Below, in pieces: positions 1-13,247 of a DNA stretch of 64,000 bases (its first letter is position 1; the number at the start of each line of letters is the position of its first letter). The notes under the pieces were generated by a model that saw only the letters and a program-made list of their open reading frames with translations, was not told the DNA's origin and searched no databases. The stretch spans positions 1 to 64,000 of the forward strand of contig JAXHMY010000001.1 in assembly GCA_034520965.1 (NCBI GenBank), in the 5' to 3' direction. The position numbers were made by a program, and so were the translations under genes. The stretch comes from Spirochaetia bacterium. GTDB taxonomy: Bacteria; Spirochaetota; Spirochaetia; DSM-16054; Sediminispirochaetaceae.

Positions 1-68
1 AACGAAGAGATAGAAGACTGGTTGGTAGTGTCATTCATAAAACTTTAATACGGTTAAAGGTGGTGTAT

Positions 69-760
69 ATGAGCAAAAAAATCTATAGATATTGTATTAC
101 CTGTGGAAAGAAAATTGTCACAGATCCTGGTCATGATAAAAAATACTGTTCTCAGAAATGCTTTTTTATAAATAAGCAAAGTAAAGAAAATCAAAGTGCG
201 GTAAGATGATAATCAAGTAATGGATATATTATGGTTAAAGTAAGGAGGAAGAAGATCATGTCAGTCCGAGTGTTAGTAAAATGGGATATGAATACGAACA
301 TCGATATGTAATGGAAAAATATTTAGGCCAATACCTTACGGGTGGAGAATATGTACATCATTACAATAACGATACAAAGGACAATAGAAATTGAAAACCT
401 TTATATAGATACAAAGCAGATAAGAGTTGAACATGAAGTAGGTTCCTTCAAAGAATATAATGGAAATCTTTATATTAAAGTACCTGTCTCACATAGAAGC
501 GCCGTGATAAAACAACATGGTCTCGAGGTCTATCGTCGGTATATTGATAGAAGAACACACAGTAAATATGTTGAGTCAAATGAATGGGTAGATATTTCTT
601 AATGGTGATAAAAGTGATGTAAGAATCGCCAATCTTAAAATAGTTGATAGGGGTGAGTATATTGGTTCTATTATTAAAAACTTTCAAAAAAAGAGAGTAG
701 CAGAGAATAAGGAATTGTATGATGGCGGACTATCCCCAAACCATAGAATTAAAAATACGG
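69..760 (+). pseudogene. HNH endonuclease-like protein (N-terminal CxxC, two HNH-type motifs), frameshifted
   Basis: Manual translation gives YCITCGK...YCSQKC, then EHRYVMEKYLGQYLTGGEYVHHYNNDTKDNR(I)ENL and a second ..NGDKSDVRIANLK motif. Frames are broken and boundaries approximate. Confidence 0.55.
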
Positions 761-1242
761 GAGGCAAGGGAAAGAAACGAAAGGGTGAAAAAAGAAAATA
801 AATATAATTACCCCGGAACGTATAGATATTGGAAATATTTTCGATATGGAAAGGAAGTCATACCAGAGACTGGAGGCGATTAAAGAAGGAGTAACACTAA
901 GTACAATTATAAATCGAAGTCGCTATCAAACAATGGGCTACTAGTCAAGTAGAAAAAAATAGAGAATACACATTACAGATGTGTTAACAAAGAAGTTTAT
1001 ATGGGTAGTACAGGAAATAATTCAGGGAACTTCCTCCTCCGGTATCAGAATAAATACCCCTCTACTTTTTTTAGGTTTATATTTGTCTCTAATTACTTTG
1101 CCGTTTTCTGTTCTAAATATGCAGCGAAGACATTCTGAAACTTATTCTTCTCCTATCCGATAACCAGGAACTTTTTTATAAGCTTATTTATACCTTGATC
1201 TCACATATTTCGTCACATCAACCATGCGGACCTACTATGTCA

Positions 1243-1855
1243 TTAGTCCTTTGATTTTAACATTTTATTTATTTCTATAGAGTCTTTAGCAAGGTCAGAT
1301 TTGAACTCTTCTATTATATCTTTGAATACTTCAGATCTTGTATTGTCTGGGGATGCATACTTATGCCCATAATAAAATCCTATCAATTTAAATAGCTTTT
1401 TCCCGTAGTTATATCGTTTGATTAGCTTATTATTATAATCATGTATTGTAATCTCAACTTCAGTATATTGATTAACTGTATACAAAGGAAACCCTACTAC
1501 ACTGGGCACAAACAACATGAAAGCTGATACATATCCAATACCGTCGCTTTTATCATATCTGTCGTATACAATAGTAAGCTCTATATTGCCATATTGATTC
1601 TCATCAACTTTAAAATATTTTGTCTCAGTTCCCTTTCAAATATGGTGTAATAAATACTCTGGTAGTTAGTATTCTTTATATTCTTTTACACTTTATCTCC
1701 TGAGTTTCTTTCAGAATCTGATTAACTCTAAAGGTTGACGGTTTTTCTTCAATAATTGTTACTTGGTCTCAGCATACTTGGATCAAAAGATACACAAGCA
1801 CTTATAAAAGTAATACTCAATAAAATAAAACCTAACTTAATATAACTTCCGCATA
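1243..1855 (-). CDS. Putative lipoprotein, frameshifted
   Basis: ORF 1243-1518 plus upstream fragments with a hydrophobic leader ending ..FISACVS (lipobox-like). Confidence 0.35.
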
Positions 1856-2398
1856 ATGCCTTCATTTTTGATATCTCAACTTTGTAACCTAAACTGAGCG
1901 ATTTTGCCTAGTTGAAAAAAATACCTCCCAGTGGTGTAATGAGTTACGACCAATAACCGAAAACACCCAGGAGGTGATTGATGGTGCCGCCAAAATACCG
2001 ACTACGTCAAGCACAAAATCGACTATTTCGGCGACGAATAGGAGATCGTCCTCCATTCATCATTGTACTACCGTTTTCCCGTTTAATCTAAAACCTAACG
2101 ATACTATTAAAACCTTCTTTCATCAAGCAGGTCCTTCAAAACGAATAAAATTATCTCGTTATTAATTAAGATTCTCCCTACATTGTTGTCACTTTTTTTT
2201 GCTTATTTTCCTCTCTGTGTTTATTTTGTTACCTTATCCTGTAACCCTTCCCAAGAGTGTCCAAAGTATTGTCATAGCAAAAAATCGGAGAAAAACTACT
2301 TCATTCGTTCTTTTTAATGTTGCTGGACCGTTTGAATTCTTCTATAATTGCCTTTGATGGTTTTCCAATAATGATCTTTCGATAGAAACTATAATTTT

Positions 2399-3247
2399 AT
2401 GAAAATACATTTATCATCTATTTCACCTTCTGATTTTGTTCCCACACCAATTAAGTCGATTGCGATAACACCATTGAGATATATGGGGAGCAAAAACAAG
2501 AAAGTGATTCAATTTTATGAAATGTTCCCTCCAGCATTTAAAAGATATTTTGAACCGTTTTTAGGTGGAGGAAGTGTCGCCCTCTTTATATCACAAAAAC
2601 GAAATGTTCCGATATTCGTCAATGATATTGACCAATATTTATCTTTTTTTTGGAAGTCTCTCATTAAAGAACCTGATAGTATCATTCAGGAGTTTCAAAA
2701 AGCAAAAAACCAAATGTGCTCCAGACAAAGACTTTGGAAAACATTTTTTCTTGTCGACAAAAGAAACCATGTTTAGTTCATTTTCAAGTCCTTTTGAGAA
2801 GGCCATCTCTTATTATATCCTAAATAGAATCAGTTATTCGGATTGATGCGTAGTTTTTCGTTTGAAAATTATATAAATAAATTTCTAAAATATAATCCAA
2901 AGAATTTACTACTAATTTCTAAGATCGCTGAAAAGTTTCAACTTACGAATACCGATTATAAATTTTTCTAACTAAAGTTAAGAAAGATGATTTTATTTAC
3001 CTCGATATCACATATTTGCTAAAGATAATCTATACGGAAAATCTGTTAAAAGAACATTTAACCATAAAAGATTTTTAAGGTTGTCAAAAAATTGCATATT
3101 AAATGAATAATATCCTACAATGATCATTATTAATTTAAAGATTTATATTCTGACTACCACATACGAGAAGAGAGTTTTTCCTATATTAATACCCAAGAAA
3201 GAAATGGAAGAAAAAAAGCAATAGAATTGATTATTACAAATTATTAG
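2399..3247 (+). CDS. Dam-like (D12 class) DNA adenine methyltransferase, frameshifted
   Basis: PLRYMGSK, YFEPFLGGGSV, VNDID motifs, and the family-typical C-terminus ELIITNY*. Motif IV region is garbled. Confidence 0.8.
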
Positions 3248-3249
3248 AT

Positions 3250-3962
3250 TTTATTCTATATTCTTTAAGCCAAACTTCTATATGATTTTCTAGTTCTTCT
3301 TTCTCTTTTTTATTTTTAGTTTTAACAATCACGGAATGTTTTTTCCTTTAAGATTTTTTGTATCTGTCGGGTATAATCCTCTTCCGATAGTTCATGAAAG
3401 AAATCCGCCTCTCCCTCAAATTTATTATCCAATAAGAGGTTGAATTCTTGGATATTTTCAACTCTTCAAGTGTATATGTTTTACCTTATAGAGCATTTCT
3501 AAAAATATCATTTTCTTTTCTGTATCATTGATGTATCCGATTCAAGCAATTTTCCTTATACCGATTTTTTCAATGGGTTCTGACTGAAGGGGTAAGACAT
3601 CTTTTATCTCTGAAGGTGTTGTTGGTTCAAAAGAACGAGATTCTATTGTGTATTATTTTAAGATATTCAATGATGGTCGTAATTCCTTTGAGTATGTGGA
3701 AGTAATAACTTCTCGAAAAACCGAGGTCATTTACGAAGTTGTTGAAAAGTTTTGTTTTATGATTATTATATTGATGAGCATAGTGATCTTCCCAAAGTAA
3801 CCGAACGAAAAGTAAATACATGGAAAATTCATTGGTAAGACTATTCATTTTTTCTGTTCGAGAGTATTTGTCTCTTAATTTGATCTAAAGACAGTAAAAA
3901 ATCCGTCTTTTCTTGATACTCGAACAGGTAAATCGTTAAAAATTGTTAATTCTGAGGACATG
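3250..3962 (-). CDS. Hypothetical protein, frameshifted
   Basis: Continuous coding-like fragments including ORF 3627-3848 (LGFSRSYYFHILKG, HTH-like). Confidence 0.3.
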
Positions 3963-4258
3963 GATGTAGTATAACGAAATGGATTAAGGAATACAACAGT
4001 CTACTTAAGTAGACTATGCTATCAGCCTTATCATTAGATAGAGAATATCCACCCGAGGCAATACATTCAGAATATGAGGTACTTCTCACCGTAATATCCT
4101 ATCAGGACAGATTACCTAGTCAAATTATGTACTACAATTCATACCCTATGAGCGGGTTTTAATTGGCTTACCGCCCCCTATGAGCAATAAACTTGAACAT
4201 ATTCGCCTTGAACTGTAACTGTGTTACCTCTATAATTTTCAGAGAGAGGATTGAAGAG

Positions 4259-4906
4259 ATGAAAAGGACAATTATTACTTTGATATTTCTGTGTGTGGTG
4301 ATAAACGCATGGGCACAGGTACTCCTGGGTGGCCAGAGATTACGCTGAATCAGTGGCAGAAAATGACTCCTTCTGAGATATCTAACTATTTGGATACCAA
4401 CAGTGTAAATGCTCGGGATGAAGATGGAATAACGGCGTTAATGTATGCTGCTAAGTGGAACTCTAATACTGATGTTCTACAAGCATTATTAAAAGCAGGG
4501 GCAGAGGTAAACAGAATGCATATAAAGGACACATTCATTAGTGAGCTGACATACTGGATACACTATGTCATGGAGGCATTGCTAAAGGCAAAGGTAAATA
4601 GCGGACAGATCTGGACGTACAGCATTGATGCTTGCGATAATTGACGATGAGAACCTTCCTGTTGGTCGAAGGCATTGTTACAAGCAGGGGCAAGGCGAAT
4701 GCTCTCGGACTGAAGATGGACGGACATCATTGATGTTTGCTGCTAGATGGAACCAAAACCCAGCCGTTATAGAAAAATTGTTGGATTCAGGTGCAGATGG
4801 TAGTCTTAGATGTGATGATGGTAAAACAGCCTTCGATTATGCAGAAAAGAATGAATCTATTGTAGGAACATCAACCTACTGGAGACTAAACGACGCACAA
4901 TACTGA
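4259..4906 (+). CDS. Exported ankyrin-repeat protein, frameshifted
   Basis: DEDGITALMYAA, DGRTSLMFAA, DGKTAFDYA repeats; signal-peptide-like start MKRTIITLIF. Confidence 0.8.
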
Positions 4907-5489
4907 AACTTAGTAATATAACTATGAGGATGTAATAAAAGAGATGGATAAAAACCCTACCAGAATATTTTTGGGGAACGAGAAGAAAATCTGTCATGCA
5001 GTAGATAAACTTTCCATTCTCTATTAGTGTAGAAGACAAGATTCGTTATCAGGAGGATGGTAAATGGCAAAAGACAAACAAGAACAATTAGAGGAAATGG
5101 ACGGAATTAGGAACTTACCAAACAAAAACAACAACTTGAACAGGAGGCGGAAAAGGAGAAGTTGGAAGAGATTATGAAATCGACTCTCTGGATATCCTGC
5201 CGTATGGAAGAAGGACACAACCAAAGCGCAAGTTGAAAAATTAGTGCTACAGTCTGTTGGAGTTACTGTAAAAGGTAATCCAAAATCCATCCGTTGGGGT
5301 AAGATTGAGCGGGTTGGATAGTTGTAGGAGGGAAGAGTTTTGTTGCTCCTAATAATAGCGAAAATTATTTTCACATCGAGAACTGTACTACAAACACATA
5401 GGTCTCAGTATTTCTTCTGCGAATAAAATACTAAATTTTACCACTGTAAACATGATCGCCTTCAACTATGAGGGGCTATCCGTAATTTA

Positions 5490-6072
5490 TCTATGTATTA
5501 AAAATAATTACTGAATCGGGAGAATTTCATCAGAAAAGTCACCTGGTCTAGAGATTCTCCATCAACCGTTATTTCACCAGTAACTGTTTCATTTACGACG
5601 TTTTCCGAATTCATAGTGTTCACTTGCATCAATATAAATTACAGATGAAATGGAACCACCATCAATATTAAAAGTACCATTTATCTTACCTATTTGAGTA
5701 TTCGTTGATTCATTCGTAGTATAATTTTTATCTAATGACCCATCTATAGTATACGCATCAACAGTAAGATTATTGATGCTAAGAGTATTATCAGTCACGT
5801 CCCCAGTCAATCTTATCGTACCATTCTGCACTGCCATCATACTTTATTGTTAAATATAAAGGTTTCTGTTTCGGCATCAAAAGTTAAGCCGTCTCTGTGA
5901 GGTTCAATTTCCTAGCAGCGAAAGCCTTTCCCATATTATTATTAAACTCTGCAAGTCCGGCTTCCGCTTCTGCTAGTGTAATAGCACTACCACTTTCTCT
6001 AGTATTCACACATCCGATAGAAATGAGGGTCAACATTACGAATGACATTGTGATAATTAATAATTTTCTCAT
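5490..6072 (-). CDS. Putative lipoprotein, frameshifted
   Basis: MRKLLIITMSFVMLTLISIGC lipobox-like leader; continues in ORF 5589-5840. Confidence 0.45.
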
Positions 6073-6436
6073 ACATTTTACTCCTAACTATATAACCTTA
6101 TAGAAAGTGTAAAATGTAATTTCATATTTGTCCACACAAAAAGATTACACCATCCTCACCTCAATATTTTCATTAAGGCGATTTCTCCACCTCTTCCACT
6201 CAGGATATGCTTTTGTGAGAATCATAGAAACTCGTGCTATGGTTATTCTCTACCAAGTGACACAGTTGCATTGATAATCGCATAATGGATACACAGTTTC
6301 CAATCAGCAAATAAACTACTGATAAACAGTACCCTCCTCTAGGTATAACTGCCCCACATCTTCTCCATTACCCTTTATTGTAGTTTCGAGTCAATTCTCT
6401 TCCAGAGGTTTAATTCAGATTACCATTTCAAATTTT

Positions 6437-8222
6437 TCAGACCCAACACTTACCAGTCAATATGCTCGACATATTACATAAGTGGTATATGATATGTTCT
6501 ATAATGTTCACTGCTATTGATTCCCACGTTTTTGTTCCAACTTCTTTAAGTTGTGAAAGGTCTTCTTCTAACCGGTCACATAGTTCCATAAGCTGATCCA
6601 CACGATTTCTATTTCTTTGTTCTTCTACTGATGGTAAAGGCAATGGAGCTGAAGCAAAATATTTTTTTTGTAGTCTTTTCTGACGCCATAGTCATTGTTT
6701 CTATTCCTTTGTCGAAAGAGATCAGACTTATAGAAGAAAAGTAAATATGTTCTCTCCATATCTTTATGATAAGGTCTTAATATTAATGATTATATTGTTG
6801 CTGCTCCTACTCCATTAGGTAGATTTCTAAAAACCACTCCCTTCCCATTCTCAAAAGAAGGCGTTATTTTTGCTATTCCTATATCATTGCTAAAATGTGT
6901 GTGAATCCTTTTTCACATTTTTCCACTTCTCATATTTATGAAGTTTTTAGACTAATGATTCTCAGCCTCATTCAAACAGAAACCACTTCTGTATCATCTT
7001 CAAATTTTATTTGTTTGGATTAATGATGCCAATATTGTGGTTCCATTTCCAACTATACCAGCACTTGAATGGGAATTTCATCTTCGGTCTTTCAGCAATG
7101 GCTTCTGCTTCTTTATCTTCCCCTCTTTCTCAAGCTCTCTGTTTCTTTTCTTGCTGTACCCTCTCGAGTAATACTACTCGCAGGTTCTACGTCAGGGATT
7201 TGATTCCCGCCAATCAGCGAGTTAAACGCCCTTGAACAGCCAATTGTAGAACCGTATCTCTTAGCTTCTTTACATCACCAGAAGTAGATATAAGCTCCGG
7301 CATTTTTGGGTTAAACCATTTCCACAGTTCATTGAAATAGTGATCTCCATTTTCGAGTCTCCGAGATAATAACAAGAGGATTTAAGTGAGTGTACTCTAA
7401 ATCTATCCTCTTCTTTCTGTTTTTCTTCCAACTGATCACATAGTTCCGTAAGCCGGTCTACACGATTTACTATCTCTTGTTGTTCAGATACTGATGGAAA
7501 TCATTCATGGAACTATCTGAAGTACTCCTTTTGAAGTCTTTTCTGGCCAGCTGTGCCTGTCATTGTTTCTATACCCTTTTTCTGAATGAACCAGATCTAT
7601 AAAAAAATAGTAAATATTTTCTCTTTACATATTCGAACAAATGGGGCGAATAATAAATAGTTATCTTGTTGTGCTGCTCCTACTCCCATTCAGGTCAAAT
7701 TTCTAAAAACCACCTCCCTTCCATTCTCCAAAGAAGGCAAGTTTTATTTTGCTATTCCTATATCATTATTAGAAATGTGTGTGAATCCTTTTTCGCATGT
7801 TTTCCACTTTCTCTCATAAAATCATGTGTTTTGTTTTAGATCAATCGGTACCAGTTTCATAGGAATAAAACCAACTATAGTTTCATCTGAAACCTTATTG
7901 TTTGGGTTGATAATCCCAATATCTATTGGCCTCACCCACTCCCAACTCTCCGGCACTTCAAATGGAATTTCATCTTCGGTTATTTCCGGCCATGGGTTAC
8001 TGCTTCTTTTATTTTCCCTTCTTTCTCTAACTTTTTCTTCTCTTCCTTTATTCTCGCAAGTAGTACACTTGCAGGGTTCAACATCAGGATGTTCTTCCCG
8101 CCAATCTTCTGTTAGACGACCCTCTCTACCGCTAATTGCAGGGATTAGTTCTGTTCCGCAGCTTCGAACTGAACCTGATACTTTGCAGTCGTTTTTGAAC
8201 AATCCAACATCAAGTCTATCAT
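6437..8222 (-). CDS. hsdS: Type I R-M specificity subunit, heavily frameshifted; two near-identical TRDs
   Basis: EIPFEVPESWEWVR and PLPSVEEQ..RVDQLMELCDRLE conserved spacers; lies directly downstream of hsdM. Confidence 0.85.
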
Positions 8223-9670
8223 CAAGCACTCCCCAGAAACTCTGATAGTAAGGATCGAAGTTCCTCGGCGGTTTTCGTAGAATCCTTTTTATGTTGTATA
8301 TATTCCTCATACAACTCTTTGGGATCGCGCAACACATCTTCCGGTGTATTCGGATTCTTGATATCGAGGTTGTAACTACGCTCAATAACCTCATCTATGG
8401 TAACTCTCCACGCATGTTCATTCTCTTCTCGATTATTCCACCACTCTTTCTCCGGTTCAAACTCTTCTATTTTCATCGGTTTAGTCTTTGAGTAAGACTT
8501 ATACCCATCAGGATAAGGATGCTCGTAGTACCATATTTCCTTGGTTGGTGTACCCTTTTCGAAGAATAGAAGATTTGTCTTTATTCCAGTGTACGGATTA
8601 AACACTCCATTTGGAAGCCGGACAATCGTATGTAAATTGCAGGTCTCCACAAGCCTCTGTTTTATCCTCGCTTTACACCTTCACCAAAAAGCGTACCGTC
8701 TGGGAGTACAATACCGCATCGTCCACCAGGTTTAAGCAGATGCATGATCAGTACGAGAAAAAGATCTGCCGTTTCTTTCGTTTGATATGTAGCTGGAAAG
8801 TTGGTCTGTATTCCATCTTCCTCGATACCTCCAAAAGGAGGATTGGTTACTACAGCATCTACGAAATCTTTCTTCCCATAATCTCTAAGTGGTCGTGCAA
8901 GAGTGCTTATCTCGACGAATATTCCGAGGTGCCTTCTACACCATGGAGAATCATATTAGTGGTACACAAGAGATGTGGTAAAGGTTTTTTCTCTACTCCA
9001 TGGATTTGATTCTGTAGAGTCATATCATCTTCAGCACTTTTGAGAGAACCTGAGGTGCGAATATGCTCTAATGTATTTACAAGGAACCCGCCTGTACCAC
9101 ATGCCGGGTCAATACTTTTCACCAAGTTTTGGATCTACCATCTGAACAATAAACTGAGTAACAGCTCGAGGCGTATAATATTCACCGGCATTTCCCGCAC
9201 TCTGAAGGTCTTTTAGAATTTCTCTCATAGATATCGTTGAACAGGTGACGATCTTCGTTAAGGGTAAAGTCTATCTTCGTTCAATCTGTAGCAACTTGCC
9301 GCATAAGTGTTCCAGATTTCATGTAGTTGTAGGCATCTTCAAAAACCTGCCTAACGATAAAACCGGTTGCGCTATCACTCGGTCCGTGGTCGAGTTTCTT
9401 TAAAGTAGGAAACAAGTCGTTATTGATAAAGTCTGAAAGAGCCTCCCCTGTAACACCCTCAGGATCTTTTGCCCAACTACGCCATCGTAATCTTTCCGGA
9501 ATAGGTGACTGGTAGTTTGGATCATCTATCTCATACTCTTCCTCTTTGTCATCGATGATCTTGAGAAAGATCATCCACCCCATTTGGCTGATACGTTGCG
9601 CATCACCATCTACACCAGTATCTTGGCGCATGATGTCCTGTATACCTTTTATCGTTGTTGAGATCGCCAT
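8222..9670 (-). CDS. hsdM: Type I R-M methyltransferase, frameshifted
   Basis: DIMRQDTGVDGDAQRISQ, GEYYTPR, DPACGTGGFL, TNPPFGG (8833-8850 region), LHTIVRLPNGVFNPYTGIKTNLLFF. Confidence 0.93.
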
Positions 9671-9698
9671 TACACTCTCCTATGTGATGTGTATGAAA

Positions 9699-12059
9699 TT
9701 ACGCAGCTGGACACAGGAGGCTTTCCATCTCTTTAATCGCCCTGTTGAATCCTTCTCTCCCGCCAAAACTGTTTACTAATTCTTTGTAGCTCCCTATCTC
9801 GTCAAAAGGAGGGATTTTGAGCACCTGCATGTCCTCAATGTTCTCAATACCTTCCTCGGCGTATTTGTCTAAAAGAATCTCTATAACCTTACGGGCAGTC
9901 TCTTCAAAACGCTGAAAATAGTTTGAATCACGTACCGCTCGTGCTCGTTCACCTCTGGTTTTTGGTTTTCTATCGAAGGCTACATGACAAATAAGATCGA
10001 AGTCATCGTAATCTTCACCTACCTCTTCACGAAGGGCATCGAGTAATATCCCCTCGTTACGAAGTTCTTCGATGAGCACCTTTTTTCTCTCTGCTTCACT
10101 CCACTTCTGAAGAAAATTATCAAGAGACCTGTATTCTTTACGAACTTGGCGCTTAGTGTAGTCGGTAAGAGATTCTGTTATTAACTTACCATCACTCCCG
10201 AGATATTGGACCCGTTCATTTACCACCCACACCGGTACATTATCGATCATATATCGTTTAGGTTTTTCACCCTCATCATCTTCAGGAAAATCTAACTCTG
10301 CAGAATCGAACTCATCCTCTATAGAATCTTCCGTATCATCAGTGTCTGTGAGGTCATCTTCCTTCAATTCATCATCTTCATTAAGTTCCAACTGTACAAC
10401 CGGTTCTCCATCAAAATTCGGATCAGCAAAAAGGTTTGTAACCCTGCGAAAATCTATGATGGTGAAATATTGCTTTCCATACTCTTCATCAATTCTCGTC
10501 CCCCGACCTATGATTTGTTTGAACTCTGAAAGTGAGTTAATAGTTCTGTCGATAACAATACATTTACAGGTCTTCGCATCCACCCCAGTAGACATAAGTC
10601 TGGAGGTTTCACCGCTATAACAGGATAGGTCTCCCAAGGAAGAATAAAATTATCCAATTCCTTTTTGCCTATTTGATTGTCTCCTGTAATACGCATAATA
10701 TACTTTTGATTTTCATTCACGAGATCAGCGTTCTCATTCACTAATGCTTGCCGCATATGTTCAGCATGTTCAATGTTTTCACAAAAAATGATTGTTTTAG
10801 AGAACCGATCAGTCTTCCTAAGGAAGTCTGTTATTCTCCGGGCAACACTTTTCGTTCTCTCTGATAAGGTAATCTTCCTATCGAAATCCCTTAGATTGTA
10901 GACTTGATCTGGAATTTCATTTCCATATCTATCTACCATATCTGTATGGGGCGCCATCCGATTCATCTTTGTCCATCAGAAATGCGGATAACCTTATAAG
11001 GGCAAGAAAGCCATCTCCTATTCCCTGTTTTAGTGAATAGGTATAAATAGGTTCACCAAAGTAGGTAATATTCGATACATACTTTGTTTCTTTTGGTGTT
11101 GCCGTGAGTCCAAGATGGATTGCCGAGTCAAAGTAGTTGAGAATTTCTTTCCATGCGGAATCCTCAGCAGCACTTCCTCGGTGACACTCATCAATAACAA
11201 TCAGGTAAAAGAAATCCCTTGAAAATTCCGGTCAGCTTTTTGGCTTTCTTCCGGCCCTGTGATGGCTTGGTATAAAGAGAGATAAATCTCGAAAGATTTA
11301 TCCACTTTGTGACCAGCTACTTTGGTCATCTGGCCCTTAAAGGGTTGAAGCCGTTCTGATTTGGTCTGATCTACTAATACGTTGCGGTCTGCTAAGAATA
11401 GGATTCTTTTAACCGCCCGTGCTTTCCACAGCCTCCAAATAATCTGGAAAGCAGTAAAAGTCTTTCCTGTACCTGTTGCCATAACAAGGATAAGTCTCCT
11501 CTGTCCTTTAGCAACCGCCTCTACTGCCCTATTTATTGCGTTGAGTTGGTAATATCGGGGAACTTTATCTTCACTTTCACGAAAGTAATCTTCTAATACG
11601 ATATCCTGCTGATCGGTTGTAAGATCTTTTGCTTCTGCATACCGCCGCCACAACTCCTCTGCGTGAGGGCAAAACTCATCCATTTGTAGGCTGACGTTCC
11701 ACTTCCCCTTGCCGTCTTTTTGTACGGTCGTGCTCGAGAAACCCCTTACCGTTGGAGGAGTGGGGATTAAGGCACAGTGTAAGGTTTCCGCATACTCTAA
11801 AGCCTGTTGCATTCGCGGACAGCAATCGAATGAGAACCATCTTTCGCCTCTACAACTGCTGAATGGCACATTTTGGTTTGTAGTAAAGTACATAATCTGC
11901 CTTCTTACCCGGGCCTCGGTGGACTTTGTTACCCTGTACGATGATTCTACCGGCAGTGAAATAGACTTCTTCGCGTAACTGTCTGTTTAGATCCCAACCG
12001 GCGGTCTCTACTATTGCTGGGGTTATTTTCTTAGTTCTCACATCCTGTTCGGATAACAT
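9699..12059 (-). CDS. hsdR: Type I R-M restriction subunit (EcoAI/EcoEI-like), frameshifted
   Basis: [33 protein letters not shown] (Walker A), [23 protein letters not shown], EcoEI-type C-terminus. Confidence 0.93.
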
Positions 12060-12687
12060 TTACCCTATGTCCCTTTTATGAAACTGACTTCTACCACAAT
12101 TTGTCTGTTCAGCCTGAACGCAAGCAGTATTACTGTCTCTACCATCATGAGAATCTCTATTACCTTTTAGTCCTAGTGCGCCTTTCATAGTTATTCATAG
12201 TCTTCTCTTTCAGCATTTCCAATATAATCCTATAATATACCTACACTACATGGAATCTTATCATACATTCGAATGGTGTTTCTTGTTCACCTTCGAATAT
12301 GCTTGTAATTACTGCAAGATTATATTATCCATTAAGATACAGATTGCTTGAATAGACAAGTTATTATCGCGTTTTGACAGTTACACATATGATTACAAAT
12401 ATTTTATATAGTTCTGTTCCTCCTGTGGACTGATAGAAAAAACATCTAATATGTGAGTAGGTAATGGGATACACAAAAGAAGATGTCAGAGCTTCTCAAT
12501 AAAGTAGAACCATTGATAAGTGGTGCTATCATTTCAAAGAGTATCTTCCCTCAGAACAGAATCGAAAACCTAATGATAAGAGGGAATTTTCAGAAGAAGA
12601 AATCCGAGTCTTTATTTACATTTATTATTTCTGGGAAGAATGACCAGATGTTGAGTCAATTAAGATTGGGTTAAACTCAGAGGAACA

Positions 12688-13247
12688 ATGGGAAGCACCT
12701 TTACAGTCTTCTTCAATCAAATCATTCCTTTGTTTAGAGAAATTCCAGACGATCCAGAATTTATGGTGGATTCAAGCTTTTTGCTTAGAGGGATGACAGA
12801 ACGCACCCAGATTGAAATTGCCAGGGAATATAAGAAATCTGCTGATATCCTTGTTGGTGAAGCCATTGGTCCATCTTTAGTCCACCCTCAGGAGATGGGC
12901 TGTTCAATTCTATCCCTGTATCGGCACGCCATTAGAACTTGTTACCTTAGAATAGATGAGTGGATTGCGTCCTATAAAGGAAAGAAGAATTCTGCTCAGT
13001 AGCATCCATTTCTTCTCAAGTAGAGGAACTTGAGAAGAAGTATAATAAGAGAACTAACGATTGGATAAGAAAGAAACTTGAAGAATTGAATCTATGGGAT
13101 TCAACTTCAACGGGATTTCGGTATGAAAGAGCTTTGACCATTGAGAAGAATAATGAGGTCTTAGTAGATATCGTCAGTATGAAAACTGTTATGAATGATA
13201 TATTCCATTGGTTTGAGTTGTCTATAGAAGATGGAGGGCTGCCCTCA
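12688..13247 (+). CDS. HEPN-like hypothetical protein, frameshifted
   Basis: YKKSADIL...ILSLYRHAI(E) and D-STSTGFRY pattern resembling HEPN-superfamily hypotheticals; family assignment is inference. Confidence 0.4.

Noticed and set aside
1885..2165. IS end or transposase start
   Set aside because: Superficially IS-like, but no matching IR or recognisable transposase motif.
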